Origin: an uncultured Thermoplasmata archaeon | GTDB taxonomy: Archaea > Thermoplasmatota > Thermoplasmata > Lutacidiplasmatales > UBA184 | Reading direction: 5' to 3' | Assembly (NCBI GenBank): GCA_963708255.1 | Contig: CAVPSE010000002.1 | Span: 373,842 to 437,841 of the forward strand | DNA: 64,000 bases | Shown here: positions 32,678 through 44,195 of the stretch, one piece after another | Layout: each line of letters opens with the position of its first letter | Position numbering within the stretch: the first letter of the stretch is position 1 | The notes under the pieces: generated by a model | The model's database searches: none | Told to the model about the DNA's origin: nothing | What the model saw: the letters and a program-made list of their open reading frames with translations, nothing else | Made by a program: the position numbers and the translations under genes

Positions 32678-34469
32678 TTAGGGGGTCGGCGCTTCGTCGG
32701 TGGGGACGGGCGCGGCCTGCTTCACCTGGGCCCCGTAGAGCACCCGGAGCTCGTCGATGGTCGTGGCGTCGGTGGGTTTCTTGTCGGCCCGGAACCTGCC
32801 CGTGAACCTCGGGAACCGTAGGGCGAACCCGACCCCGGCCCGGATCCGTCCCATCCCCGCGTGGTGGATGGGGCTGAGCGAGAGCTCCGCGCCCCGGACC
32901 TCGAGGACGACCCCCGGCGTGAACCACTGATCCGGGGTGAGGCCGGTCACGACCCCGGGGGGCCGCTCCGAAACCTCGTACGGCTTCAGCATCTCCGGAA
33001 GCCTCGCGAGGGTGGCGTCATCGAACCCGCTACCGACCTTGCAGAACGACTCGAACCGGTCCTGGGCGGGGTCGTAGGCGGCCATCAGGAGCGCGCCCCA
33101 CCGACCGGCCCGTCGGCCGCGGCCGACGAACCCTCCGACGACGACCCCGTCGATCGAGTCCGCGAGACCGACGGTGTATTCCCGCTTGTACCTGATCCAC
33201 CAGAAGCCCCGGGCCCCCGCGCGGTACCGGCTCTCGTCCGAGAGGGACTTCGCCATGACCCCCTCGCCCCCGGCCGCGATCGACTGGTCGAAGAACGACT
33301 GGGCCTCCTCGACGCTCGACACGCGCTGCTGTTCGGCGAGCCGCACCCGCTCGCTCGGGACGACCAGGTCGCGGAGCCGCTCCCGCCGCTTCGGGAGGGG
33401 CTCATCGATCACCGGCCCGTCCGGGGCGAGCAGCACATCGAACAGGAACAGGCAGACCGGGATCTCGGTCTGGATGCGCTCGAGATCGTACTTTCGGCCT
33501 CGGCGGCGTGACACATCCTGGAACGGGCGGATCTCGTCGGTCTCCGGATCGATCGGGACGCACTCCCCCTCGACGATCGCGGGCCGGGCCTTCAAGGCCG
33601 TCGGCAAGGCGACCGACAGCTCCGGGAACTGGGCGGTGATGTCCTCGAGCCGACGGGAGAACAGTCGTGCGGGGCCGTCGGCCGGGACATGGGCCTGGAC
33701 CCGGAGACCGTCGTACTTGTACTCGAGCGCGGCCTCCCCCTCCATCCGCTTGAGCAGCTCGGGGAGGTCCTTCACCCGCTCCGCGAGCATGGGCCGGATC
33801 GGCCGTCCGACCTCGAGGTGGATGACCGAGAGGCCCTCCAGCCCCCCGTCGGCGAGCGCCGAGGCGACCAGCGCGAGGTCACTGCAGAGATTGAACGCCG
33901 CCTCGATCCTCTCGCGACCGTACCTGGTGCCGCCGGCCCACCGCTCGGCGAGAGCGTCGAGGATCGTCATCTCACGGACGCCGAGCCGAAGGCGCCCGAG
34001 CACGAATCGGGCCACGTACCGGGCCTCCTCCGGGGAGCAACGCGCGACGAGACCGGCAAGGAGCTGGATCTTCGCCTCCTGAGAGCCCTCGCCCGAGGCG
34101 GCAGCGATGGCGCGGAGCCCCTCGAATAGCTGACCGACCTCGAGCGCAGGGGCCGTGGTCGGGAGTCGTCCCCGCCCGAGCTCCTCGGCTGTCGTTCCCA
34201 GATCGCCGGACGCCCTCAGGTGGGCGGCGACCTCCTCTTCCGGCCGACCGAGGGCGATCGCGACGGACCGCCGGGCCAGGGAGTCGGCAACGCCCAGCTC
34301 GACCCCGCCGTACTCGGGGGCCAGCAGTCCCTGCGACAGGTAGAGGACCTCGGGCAGTTCGGCGCGAGGTACAGGTCCGGAAGAGGTCGGCGAGCAGGGT
34401 CCGGGTCTCGAGCCGCTTGCGGGTCGCCTCGATCTTCGAGTAGACCGCGACCAGGTCAGCGAACCGCAC
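32678..34469 (-). CDS. lig: ATP-dependent DNA ligase; one frame break in the N-terminal DNA-binding domain
   Basis: Contains EYKYDGLRVQAH (KxDG adenylation site), FLFDVL, EGVMAK, WIRYKREY and RFPRF. The N-terminus is VRFADLVAVYSKIEATRKRLE...LADLFRTC (frame of ORF 33972..34529), then ...RAELPEVLYLSQGLLAPEYGG...EARYVARFVLGRLRLGV in the frame of ORF 32678..34015. The break is at GGTAC 34368-34372. Confidence 0.9.
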
Positions 34470-35151
34470 GCCGGCTCCCCTCCTCGACGGCCCTGCGGAG
34501 GACCCGAAGGTTGGGGGCCACCTCACCACCGACGAATACGGAGTTGCCGCAGACGAAGAACGTCGCCCCAGCCGCCGACGCCGCGGGGGCCGTCTCCGGG
34601 GTGATCCCGCCGTCGATCGACACGTCGGCCCTGGATCCGATCGTGTCGAGCTGGTCCCGCGCCGAGCGGACCTTGGGAAGCACGGTCGGGATGAACTTCT
34701 GGCCGGAGAACCCCGGTTCGACGCTCATGACAAGCACCTGCTCGACCTGGTCGATCCAGGGATCCACTTTCTCGATGGGGGTCCCGGGTTTGATCGCCGC
34801 CCCGACCCCAAGGCCCCGATCGTGGACCTGCCGGATGACCTCCCGGGGCTCATCAGAGGACTCCATGTGGAAGACGAGGGTCTGTCCGCCGGCCCGCGCG
34901 AACGCGTCTACGTACTGGGCCGGGTGGGAGACCATCAGGTGGATGTCGAGCGGCAACTTGGTCCTCGCCCGGACGGCCGCCACGAGGGCGGGGCCGAAGG
35001 AGATGTTCGGGACGAAATGGCCGTCCATCACGTCGAGGTGGAGCGCGTCCGCGCCGGCGGCCTCGCAGAGGCGGATCGCCTGCGCGAGGTCGGCGAAGTC
35101 AGCGCTTAGCAACGACGGGGCGAGCCGGAGCCTTCGCTCTGACGTCGCCAC
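34456..35151 (-). CDS. rpe: Ribulose-phosphate 3-epimerase
   Basis: Contains APSLLSADFADL, LHLDVMDGHFVPNISFG, DIHLMV, VLVMSVEPGFSGQKF and VSIDGGI. Confidence 0.92.
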   Translation of the reverse strand: MATSERRLRLAPSLLSADFADLAQAIRLCEAAGADALHLDVMDGHFVPNISFGPALVAAVRARTKLPLDIHLMVSHPAQYVDAFARAGGQTLVFHMESSDEPREVIRQVHDRGLGVGAAIKPGTPIEKVDPWIDQVEQVLVMSVEPGFSGQKFIPTVLPKVRSARDQLDTIGSRADVSIDGGITPETAPAASAAGATFFVCGNSVFVGGEVAPNLRVLRRAVEEGSRRAVR

Positions 35152-35172
35152 GGGCTTCCGATTCGCTAAGGG

Positions 35173-35180
35173 TATAAATA
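35173..35180. promoter_or_regulatory. Strong TATA element (TATAAATA) in a divergent promoter region
   Basis: It lies 22-29 nt from the rpe start at 35151 (leaderless on the minus strand) and 60 nt upstream of the binding-protein ATG at 35240. Confidence 0.55.
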
Positions 35181-35239
35181 CTACCTGACGAGTTCGGGGC
35201 CTAAGTTCCGGTAACTCCGGAGACTTTGGGGAAAACCGT

Positions 35240-38200
35240 ATGGAAGAGTTGAACCGCGCGAGCCTCGGGCGTACAATGCAGCCCCGTGGGCTCTCGGGAA
35301 TGCTGGCAGCCGTCGTGATGGTCGTCGTGATCTTGGTCGTCGGGGGGGCCGGCTATTTTGCCCTCAACGGTACCGGCGGCGGGGGCAACGGCGGAACCAC
35401 CACGGGATCGACTGTCTCGTGCGCACCGGCGTCGAGCCCGATCTGTCAGGCGGCCACGGCGGCACACGATGTAACCCTCTCCGTGCCGTTCAAGTCCGTC
35501 CAGCAGGGCAACCCTGTGCCCTTCACGGCGAGCCTCCCCTCGTCGGAGTCCGCCAGTTCGTTCAACTTTAACTTTGGTGACGGCGCCTCCTCGGGAGCGA
35601 CCACGAGCTCCCAGGTGACGCACACCTACAGCAACCCCGGCTCGTTCATCGCCTCGGTGAACGCGACCGTCAAGGGCGCTGTCCACGACAACTACCACTC
35701 CCTGGTCCTGGTCACCGTTCTCGGGTCCTCGTCCGCGTCCAACTCCGCGAACGTCCCGACGGTCTCGGGGACCATCACGGCCAACAGCACGTCTACCTCC
35801 AACCCGACGGCTGTGATCCAGACGAACCAGTTCGTCACCCTCTCCGGGAGTTACACGGGTGCGCCGACAAATCCGCTCTACACCCCCCAGGCACCCACGT
35901 GGTCGGCCCTCCCGACCGGTGTCACCGTGTCCTCGACCGTGTCGACGGCTACCTCGGCGAGCGGCGAGTTCACCTTCGCCGGCGCGGGCGCGTTCACCCT
36001 CGTCTTCGTCGGCTCGGCCTTGGGTCCCGCCGGTGTTGTAGCCTACCAGAACTACAGCTGGACCGTCTTCGTGGCGGCCACGGGCTCCACGGCGGGCCTC
36101 GCCGGAAGCGCGGTCGTCAGCAGCCCCCACCCAGGCTCGCTCGACGTCTACGAGCTCGCTCCGGGCGGGTCGAACTCGGAGGACCCGGCCATCGACTACG
36201 AGACAGTCGGGGCGGAGATCATCGAGAACGTCTACCAGCCGTTGATCGCCTACAACGGCAGCGAGACGGGCCCAACCCCCTCGAACTACGTCCCGATGCT
36301 CGCGACGTGCGTACCGGGCAGCACGATTGGCGCCAACAACTGCCAGTCGATGTATGGCTCCACGATGGTTTCGGGCTCCGACTACACTTTCGCGATCAGC
36401 AAGGCCGCCAAGTTCTACGACCCGGGCACCGGTAACAGCTGGTCCGTCTACCCGACGGACGTGGTGTTCTCGCTGGCCCGGACGATGGCGTTCTCCACGA
36501 ACCCCGGCGTCGGCGCGAACAACGGGTGGATCCTGACGCAGTCCCTGCTCCCGACGGGGAACCAAGGCTGGAGCACGCTCCACTATCCGTTCAACAACAC
36601 GCCGGAGAACGTGATGTCGTCCATGACCATCAACGACAGCACCGCGTGCGGCGCGACGGTGATGGCCAACTCGAACGGCTGCGTCACGTTCCACGTGACC
36701 GGCGGCGGCCAGAGCTGGCCGTACTTCCTTGAGCTCGTCGGGGACTGGCTCGGTGGCGCGATCGAGCCGTGCGGCTGGTTCTCGGCGTCGGCTCAGGGCG
36801 CGGGCATCCCGGTACTGGACAGCGGGCAACTCCTCCGGCAGCGGTGACCACCCCTGTGCCGCGATGGGTTCCGCCGGTTGGGGCGTCGCCCCGGCCAGCG
36901 TTCCCGCCACGGGCTGGGACTCCTGGGAGCTGGCAGCTTCCGCGCCGCCCTTCGTGGGCAACGTCCAGTACCACATGGCCGGCACCGGCCCCTACGCCCT
37001 GAAGAGCCTCCTGCCCGCCACGAGCTACACGCTGGAGGCGAACCCTGCCTACGTCGCGAATCCCTTCTGCTCGTGGGCAGGATGCGCCCCAGCAGCGGGA
37101 GCCTATGTGCCGAGCGTCTCCGTGACCTGGGAGACGAGCCAGGTACCGGGGGAGCAGGCCTACGAGTCCGGGACCGCTGACTTTGCCTCGATCCCGAGCA
37201 CGGACACCTCGTTCCTGCTACAGCTGTTGGCGCAGGGGAAAGTGCTGGCGACGAGTTTCCCGTCGATCAGCATTTTCTTCTTCCCGTACAACCTGTACTT
37301 CAACAAGGCAGGGGCCGCGACCTACACGACGAACCCGATCACCATCCCGTCGGACTTCTTCGGGAACGTCGGCATTCGGCAGTTCTTCACCCACGCCTAC
37401 CCGTACAACACGGTGGAGCAGACCATCAACACGAAGGACGGGATCCAGTATTTGTTCAACTACGGCGGGGCGATCCCGCAGTACATGGCCAACTACTACC
37501 CGACCAACGTGAGCTGGCCGACCGGTGACCCGTCGTCCTCGGCGACGACCCCGGGCACCGCCGCGTGGTGGTGGGCGCAGGTGACTGACTCCTCGAGCCC
37601 GTACTACGACGCGAACGTGACGAGCCAGTGCACGACCTCGTCGCCCTGCCAGCTGCCGTTCTTCGGCGAGACCGGCGCACCCGGCCTCGATGAGGCGACG
37701 GCGCTGTGGGCGTCGGAGATCAACCAGCTGTCGGGCGGGAAGATCAAGGTGAGCGTGGTGGACATCAACTTCATCACGCTGGTGATCAACTCGGCGTATT
37801 CGGGCCCCTACAACAACCCGATGCCGTTCTTCACCCTCGGCTGGGCACCGGACTACCCCGACCCGACGGACTACGTGGCGCCGCTGTACCTGCCCGACAA
37901 CACCTACACCGCGGGCGACGCGCTGAACGAGCAGCTCCAGAACCCGGAGTATATCGACGGGTCGTGCCACTCGTACGCGAGCATGGCCGACTTCTACTAC
38001 TGGGCGAACCTGGCGAGCGCGACGAACGGCGCGGGCGGGATCCCGAACAACTGCCAGGGAGCCGCCTACGACGCGATGCTGGTGGGGCTGGCGAACGCCT
38101 CGACCCTCGCCGCGGGCCCCCAGCGGGTGCTGGTGTACAACCTCGCCGAGCAGATCGCGAACGGCCTGGCCCTCTACACCTACTGGGGCCAGCAGAACAC

Positions 38201-38312
38201 GATCGTCTCGACGGCCGCGTGGATCGTGCCGCAGTCGTACAACCCGAACGTGACCATCGGTGGCGGATCGGACTCGACCTGGTACAGCATCACGGGGAAC
38301 AACATCATCTAG
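35240..38312 (+). CDS. Giant ABC-transporter substrate-binding protein (family 5, oligopeptide/dipeptide type) with an N-terminal anchor and a PKD-like extension; one frame break
   Basis: The anchor is MLAAVVMVVVILVVGGAGYF and the PKD-like motif is FNFNFGDGASSGATTSSQVTHTYSNPGSFIASVNATV. The SBP_bac_5-like core includes EDPAIDYETVGAEIIENVYQPLIAYNG ... FTLGWAPDYPDPTDYVAPLY. ORFs 35240..36847 and 36729..38312 join at GGTAC 36811-36815 (GIP-YWTAGNSSGSGDHPCAA, supported by the paralog at 58916). Confidence 0.8.
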
Positions 38313-38350
38313 GTCGGCCCCGAGGTTCCGGCGTAACCCCTTCCTTGCCT

Positions 38351-38373
38351 CCGCGGCCCATCGAGGGCCGCGG
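38351..38373. terminator. Perfect 9-bp GC hairpin between convergent genes
   Basis: CCGCGGCCC-ATCGA-GGGCCGCGG. Confidence 0.45.
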
Positions 38374-38393
38374 GGGTTCTGATTATCCTAGGC

Positions 38394-38428
38394 GGGCGGA
38401 ACGGCCTATAGGGAGCGCCGTTCCGCCC
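38394..38428. terminator. Perfect 12-bp hairpin between convergent genes
   Basis: GGGCGGAACGGC-CTATAGGGAGC-GCCGTTCCGCCC. Confidence 0.45.
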
Positions 38429-38452
38429 GGCCCGGGCGTCCGGCGCAAAGAT

Positions 38453-38879
38453 CTACAGGAACTCGTCGGGGTTGGGGCCGACGACCTCGTTACCGAAGGG
38501 GTCGACGCCGGCCCGGTCCCGTTCCCCTTCGGGGGTCCAGCGGCCGAACCGGACGGGACGAAAGACGGTAGGGTGGAAGGTGCCGGACCGGCTCTCGCGG
38601 TCCGGGTGCGGGCGGTACCGAGAGGTACTGCCAGGCCAGGATCTCGAGATAAATGGCGAGGACCACGCCGGCGAAGACGAACGGATCGATCGGCTGGAGT
38701 CCCGTCACCAGGAGGAGGACGTCCGCGATGAAGAACCCGAGGGCGAGGTACGCCTTGGCGAGCGAGCCCCGGGCCCACTCCGCCCAGCTGGGGCCGGGCT
38801 CCTGGACGGCGGATCGGCGGGTCTCCGGGTCGACGTCAGCGATCCCGAAGAACTCCTTCAATCGCCCGCGGAGCGACAT
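38453..38879 (-). CDS. Small membrane protein at the distal end of the opp-type operon; one frame break
   Basis: ORF 38490..38879 (MSLRGRLKEFFGIADVD ... two TM spans ... EILAWQYLS). After GGTACC 38614-38619, the +1 frame (YRPHPDRESRSGTFHPTVFRPVRFGRWTPEGERDRAGVDPFGNEVVGPNPDEFL, stop 38453-38455) has much higher third-position G+C than the nominal frame. Confidence 0.5.
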
Positions 38880-38891
38880 CCGCGGGACCCC

Positions 38892-40100
38892 CTAGGAACC
38901 CACGTAGGCGCCGACCGGGGCGACCGCCGGGGTCGGGCCGGGGGCGGGCTCCGCTACGACATTGCCGATGCCTTCCGGGGCGGGGTACAGGTGGCAGGCG
39001 ACCCAGTGGTCGGTGCGCACCTGGATGAGGGGAGGCTCGACCTTCGAGCAGACCGGCATCACGGCCGGGCAACGGGTGTGGAACCGGCACCCCGGCGGGG
39101 GGGCCGCGGGGCTCGGGACGTCCCCACTCAGGAGGATCCGTTCGCGATTGAGCGTCGGGTCCGGGATGGGGATGGCTGCCAGGAGCGCCTGGGTGTACGG
39201 GTGCATCGGGCGGGCGAAGAGGGCCTCGGTCGGGGCCCGCTCGACCACCTTGCCCAGGTACATCACCACGACGCGGCGGGCCATGGCGCGGATCACGGAG
39301 AGGTGGTGGGAGATGAACAGGTAGGCGAGGCCCTGTTCCTCCTGGAGCTTCTTCAGGATGTTCAGGATCTGGGCCTGGACCGAGACATCGAGGGCGCTCG
39401 TCGGCTCGTCGAGGACGATGAAGTCGGGCCGGAGCGCCAGGGCCCGTGCGATGCCGATCCGCTGCCGCTGGCCACCCGAGAACTCGTGGGGGAACCGCCA
39501 GAGGTGCTCCGGATTGAGGCCGACGGCCTGCAGGAGCTCGGCCACGCGCTGGTAGCGTTGCGCCGGCTTGCCCAGGTGATGGATCTCCAGCGGCTCGGCC
39601 ACGATGTCCCGGATGAGCATCCGAGGGCTGAGGGAGGAGAACGGGTCCTGGAAGACGATCTGGAGCTTGGAGCGGGTGTCGCGCATCCGCTTCCCGTGCA
39701 TCCGGTAGACCGAGTACCGGTTCGCGAACCCATCGAGCTCCCGAAGCATCCCCTCCGATCCCTTCGGCAGCCGCTTGTCGGGCGAGTCAAGCGCCTGGTA
39801 CTGGGGGCCGAGGGTTTCGTAGATGGTGTTGAGCCGTGCTACGACCTCCGGGGGAGGCCGGAAGAACGTGTGGCCGCTGGTAGGCTCGATGAGGCGGAGC
39901 ATGAGGCGGGCGACCGTGGTCTTTCCGCAGCCGGATTCGCCCACGAGACCGACCGTCTCGCCGGCCTGGACATCGAAGCTCACGCCGTCGACCGATCGAA
40001 CGTCGCCGATGTGCTGGCTCAGGAGCCCGCCACGGATCGGGAAGTACTTGCGGAGGTTCCGGACCGAAAGAAGGACCGGTGCGCCGCCGTCGTTGTCCAT
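38892..40100 (-). CDS. oppF: Oligopeptide/dipeptide ABC transporter ATP-binding protein (OppF/DppF type) with a long internal insert
   Basis: Walker A is GESGCGKTT, the signature is [15 protein letters not shown], and Walker B is [12 protein letters not shown]. The C-terminal oligopeptide-ATPase domain has [10 protein letters not shown] ... [12 protein letters not shown]. An insert of roughly 60 aa lies between Walker A and the Q-loop. Confidence 0.88.
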   Translation of the reverse strand: MDNDGGAPVLLSVRNLRKYFPIRGGLLSQHIGDVRSVDGVSFDVQAGETVGLVGESGCGKTTVARLMLRLIEPTSGHTFFRPPPEVVARLNTIYETLGPQYQALDSPDKRLPKGSEGMLRELDGFANRYSVYRMHGKRMRDTRSKLQIVFQDPFSSLSPRMLIRDIVAEPLEIHHLGKPAQRYQRVAELLQAVGLNPEHLWRFPHEFSGGQRQRIGIARALALRPDFIVLDEPTSALDVSVQAQILNILKKLQEEQGLAYLFISHHLSVIRAMARRVVVMYLGKVVERAPTEALFARPMHPYTQALLAAIPIPDPTLNRERILLSGDVPSPAAPPPGCRFHTRCPAVMPVCSKVEPPLIQVRTDHWVACHLYPAPEGIGNVVAEPAPGPTPAVAPVGAYVGS

Positions 40101-40121
40101 GGGGGGTCCTATGCCTCCGTC

Positions 40122-41757
40122 CTATCCTTGGGCCAGCGGTCCGTTGTACAGGAAGCAGGCGACGGTGTGGCCATCGCCCTCGAGCGTCATCGGGGGTCGC
40201 TTCTCCTTGCAGATCGGCATGGCGTGGGGGCAGCGCGGATGGAAGCGGCAGCCAGAGGGTGGATAAATGAGGTTGGGCACGGACCCAGGGATCGACTCGA
40301 GCTTCTTGTCCGGCTGGTCCATCCGGGGGATCGAGTTGAGCAGCCCCTGGCTGTACGGGTGGAGCGGGTGACCATAGAGCTCCCGGACCGGCGCGATCTC
40401 CACGATGTTGCCCGCGTACATGACGGCGACACGGTCCGCGACCTCGGCGATCACCCCGAGGTCGTGGGTGATCAGAAGGATGGCTGTCCCGTGCCGGGTC
40501 TTCAGGTCCCTCATCAGCTGAAGGATCTGGGCCTGGATGGTGACGTCGAGGGCCGTCGTGGGCTCGTCCGCGATGAGCAGCTCCGGCTCCGCGGAGAGCG
40601 CCATGGCGATCATCACCCGCTGGAGCATTCCGCCCGACAGTTCATGCGGGTAGCCGCGCGCGACCTGGACAGGGTTCGCGATCCGGACCCCCTCCAGGAG
40701 GCCGACCGTCCGCCAGAACGTCTCCGCGGTCAAGGGCTTGCGAACGTGCCCGCGAACGCCCCATAGCCGGAACTGGAGGTTCCGGAGCCGCTGGCTGAGC
40801 TGACGGGCGTGGATGCTACGGATGGCCCGCCCGGCGGACTTGCCGAAGCGCATCTCGGAGAGGAACGCCGCCTGGAGGGACTCGACGAGCTTGATCCGCT
40901 GGAGATCGCGGCGCAGGAACGAGCGCTGAAGCCCCGTCAACTCGAGCCTGCCGGAGCGCCCGCTTGAGCTCGGGAACCTTGCGAACCGGGGTCCGACCAG
41001 CTCATGCGGAAGATGTAGAACGCCTGGGTGCCGAACGACGGCACACGGACCGCCTCCGCGAGCTTCTGGCAGGCCGTCCGCAAGGTAGCGGAATTGTTCT
41101 GGCGGGCCACCCGGACGACCTCGTCGATCGCCGGCGGGACCCCCGGGCCGCGGGGGGTCGCGCCCAGGAGGGTCTCGATGATCTCCTCGCCGCGGTGGAG
41201 CAGCAGGGCCTCCGAGATCTGGTCCGAGATGGAGAAGATCGGGTTGAGGGCACTGGTCGGCTCCTGGAAGATCATGGAGATCCCCCCGCCCCGGACCGAC
41301 GTCATCCGGTCCTGACCGGCCTTGATCCTCGAGAACTTCCGCTTGACCTTGACCCGGTTCGTCTTCTTGAGCGGGTGGAACGACGCTTCCCGGTCGATCC
41401 CCCACAACAGATTGGCACCCTTGAACAGGATCATCCCGTCCATGATGCGGCCGGGCGGGTCCGCGATGAGCTTGGTGATCGAGAAGGCGGTGACGCTCTT
41501 TCCGCACCCTGTCTCCCCGACCAGGCCGACCGTCTCGCCCCTTCGGATGTTGAAGGAGACCCCATCGAGGGCTTTCACGACCCCGTCGTAGGTGAAGAAG
41601 TAGGTCCGCAGGTTCCGGACGTCCAGGATGACGTCCGCGGTCGCGGGGTGGGCCGCGGCGAGCGGGGGAGTCTCCGCTCGGCTCGCCGGGGGAGGGGCCG
41701 GCTCGGAGGGGCTCGGGGTAAGTTCCGAGATGGCAGATTTGGAAGCGGCGGCCGTAC
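40122..41757 (-). CDS. oppD: Oligopeptide/dipeptide ABC transporter ATP-binding protein (OppD/DppD type); frame break(s), with no canonical start codon found
   Basis: The N-terminal part (frame of ORF 40937..41578, extendable upstream) is [48 protein letters not shown] ... [14 protein letters not shown]. The C-terminal part (ORF 40122..41507) is [19 protein letters not shown] ... [12 protein letters not shown] ... [11 protein letters not shown] ... GCRFHPRCP. The frames join at about 40945-41000, by one -1 or two +1 events. There is no ATG, GTG or TTG in frame between the oppC stop and 41578. Confidence 0.8.
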
Positions 41758-41762
41758 TCAGC

Positions 41763-42938
41763 TCACCTCCGGAGCCTCGGGTCGAGAGCGTCCCGCAAGC
41801 CGTCGGAGAGGAAGTTCACGGAGATCGCGAAGGCGAAGAGCGTGGCCCCCGGGAAGAACAGCTGCCACCAGGGGAAGATGCAGGTGGTCCCGCTCAGGGC
41901 CGCGACCTGACATGTGGTGATCAGTCCCTGGATCGGGGCGATAGCAGCGGCCGAGATGGATCCCCATTCTGGGAAGTAGGCCGAGGGGAAGATGTGGTAG
42001 CCCAGGAATACGATGGCGCCGAGGGCGAGGGGGATCGAGCCCACGTCCAGGGAGAGCTGGACGAAGACCGGGAACACGCTGTTCGGGACGATGTGACGGA
42101 GGAGGATACGTCCAGAACGGGCCCCGCTGGCCCGGGACGCCTCGACGTACTTCTGCTCCCGCGTCACCAAGACCTGGCCCCGGACGATGCGCGTGTACGA
42201 TCGGCCAGAACGTGACCACGAACGCGCCCATCAAAAGGAGCACTCGACCGGTCAGGGTGGGGATCGAACTTCCGATCACCGCCAGGAGAACGAGCACCAG
42301 CAAGAGCCCAGGGATCGAGAGGAAGATGTCGGTGATACGCATGATGAACTCGTCCACCAGCCCCCCGAAGTAGCCGGCCGTGGAGCCGAGAAGGAGTCCG
42401 ATGGCGGCGCCCGACAGCACGATCCCGCTGGCGATCCCGAGCGACCAGGGGGCGCCTTTGACCAACCCTGCGAAGATGTTGTAGAAGTACTGATTGTTGG
42501 TGGTCTCGAGCGAGCCGAACGGCAACGGGCCGGTTTGGAAAGTTCCGAAGCTGAAGGTGGGCGGCACGATGCCGGGATTATTTGGATCGGTAGGGTAGCA
42601 GTTCGCGGCGGGCGGGGGCGTGCCGCTCGCGGTACGTACACACCGGGATGCAGCCGCCGGTCGCGCCGGTGGAGGGCAGGCCGCCGCCCGATGTACGAGC
42701 CGCAGTAGAGCTGGAGCTGGTCCGAGGGGGCCGGGTAGGTGAACGAATAGACCGCGACGAAAACGAAGAAAACGATGATCCCGAGGCCGACCATCGCGAG
42801 GGTGTTTCGGCTCAGGAAGTACCACGTGCGCTTCAGTTGGGCGATCCGGGGGTTCGGTCGTCGCCCCTTCCGGATGGGGGGCCCCGCGGGGATCTTCTCC
42901 GTAGCAAGAGGGCTGCCCAGCGCGGGTGTGGTGCTCAT
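41763..42938 (-). CDS. oppC: Oligopeptide ABC transporter permease (OppC/DppC type); three frame breaks
   Basis: The pieces read MSTTPALGS...RNTLAMVGLGIIVFFVFVAVY | ...GGLPSTGATGGCIPVCTY | ...NQYFYNIFAGLVKGAPWSLGIASGIV...TDIFLSIPGLLLVLVLLAVIG...TFWPI | YTRIVRGQVLVTREQKYVEASRASGAR...LRHIVPNS...FLSDGLRDALDPRLRR. The breaks lie at about 42690-42705, at 42631-42635 and at about 42195-42200. Confidence 0.85.
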
Positions 42939-44136
42939 CCCAACCTCACTCGGGGGTCCAGGTAAGCGTACAGGATATCCACGATGATGTTCGCGATGAC
43001 GACGATGATGGTGAACAGGAGCGTGGAGCCGAAGATGAGTCCGTAGTCATACGGTCGGCTGGATGGAGAGGGCCAGCATGAGGCCGATCCCTTTGAGACC
43101 GAACACCTCCTCGATGATGGGGAAACCCCCGATGAACCCAGCGAAGGTAAGCCCGAGCACGGTCACCGTGACGTTCAACGAGTTCCGACCGGCGTGACGG
43201 TTCACCACCCGTGACTCGGTCACCCCTTTGGCGCGAGCGGTCCGGACGAAGTCCATGTTCAGGACCTCGAGCATGCTGTTCCGGACGAACCGAAGGATGG
43301 AAGCCACCGCCCCGAACGCGATGACGGCGGCGGGGATCAGCATCCGGAACACGGTGTCGCCCGGCAAGCCAATACTGGCCGTGGGCCAGCGCATCGATTG
43401 TAGGAAAACCGGTGGGTGTCGAATCGAACTCCTGGTGAGGACCGATGACCCAGGTCGGATAGCTGCCCGACGGGAAGCAGGCCGGCTGGGGCCAGGAACC
43501 GAAGAACTGGTAGTACGGGAAGGAGTGGTCGTTGCACTGGGGCGTGAACCCACCGCCGATCGTCGTGGCAGCGACGAGGGCCAGGGTGGCGAGGATGAAA
43601 CCTGGGAGCGCGAATCCTGAGAACGAAAGGACCCGGGCTCCTTGATCGATCGGGCGATTCCGGTAGACCGCCGAATAATTTCCTATCGGGATGGCGATCA
43701 GGAGAATGATGGTCAGAGAGATGGCCGCGAGCTCGAGCGTGTAGGGGAGGTACCAGGAGAGCACCGTCGCGACGGGGAGCTGCTGATCCCCGAACTCCGC
43801 CTGAGAGGCGGCGCTGTGCGGACCCGTGTAACCCCACTGAAGTGTCAGGCTATCGTAGATGTAGGTCACCCATTGGACCTCGATCGGCCGATCGAGCCCT
43901 AAGCGATGGACGCCCGCCGTGTAGGCCGGGTTGGGACAGGTCCCTGTCGCATTGGGATTTCCGAGCTTGTTGCAGGCGATGGTCGGGGCGTACCCGAGCT
44001 TGTTCGGCCCGATCTCGGAGATGAGGCGGTCGGTGATCCCGAGCTGGGAGGTGACCGCGAAGGTGATCGTCATCACCCCGATGATGACCGGGATCAGGAG
44101 CAGGGCGCGGCGCACGATGTAAACCCACATCTTCAT
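42935..44136 (-). CDS. oppB: Oligopeptide ABC transporter permease (OppB/DppB type); two frame breaks
   Basis: Begins MKMWVYIVRRALLLIPVIIGVMTITFAV, continues through MLIPAAVIAFGAVASILRFVRNSMLEVLNMDFVRTARAKGVTESRVVNRHAGRNSL...EEVFGLKGIGLML, and ends DYGLIFGSTLLFTIIVVIANIIVDILYAYLDPRVRLG. The ATGA overlap joins it to oppC. The breaks lie at about 43360-43395 and about 43048-43058. Confidence 0.85.
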
Positions 44137-44195
44137 CGTGACAACCCCCGAGAGCGCCGGCGGATGACGCCGACTGTCGTCCGATTCAAGCGCCC

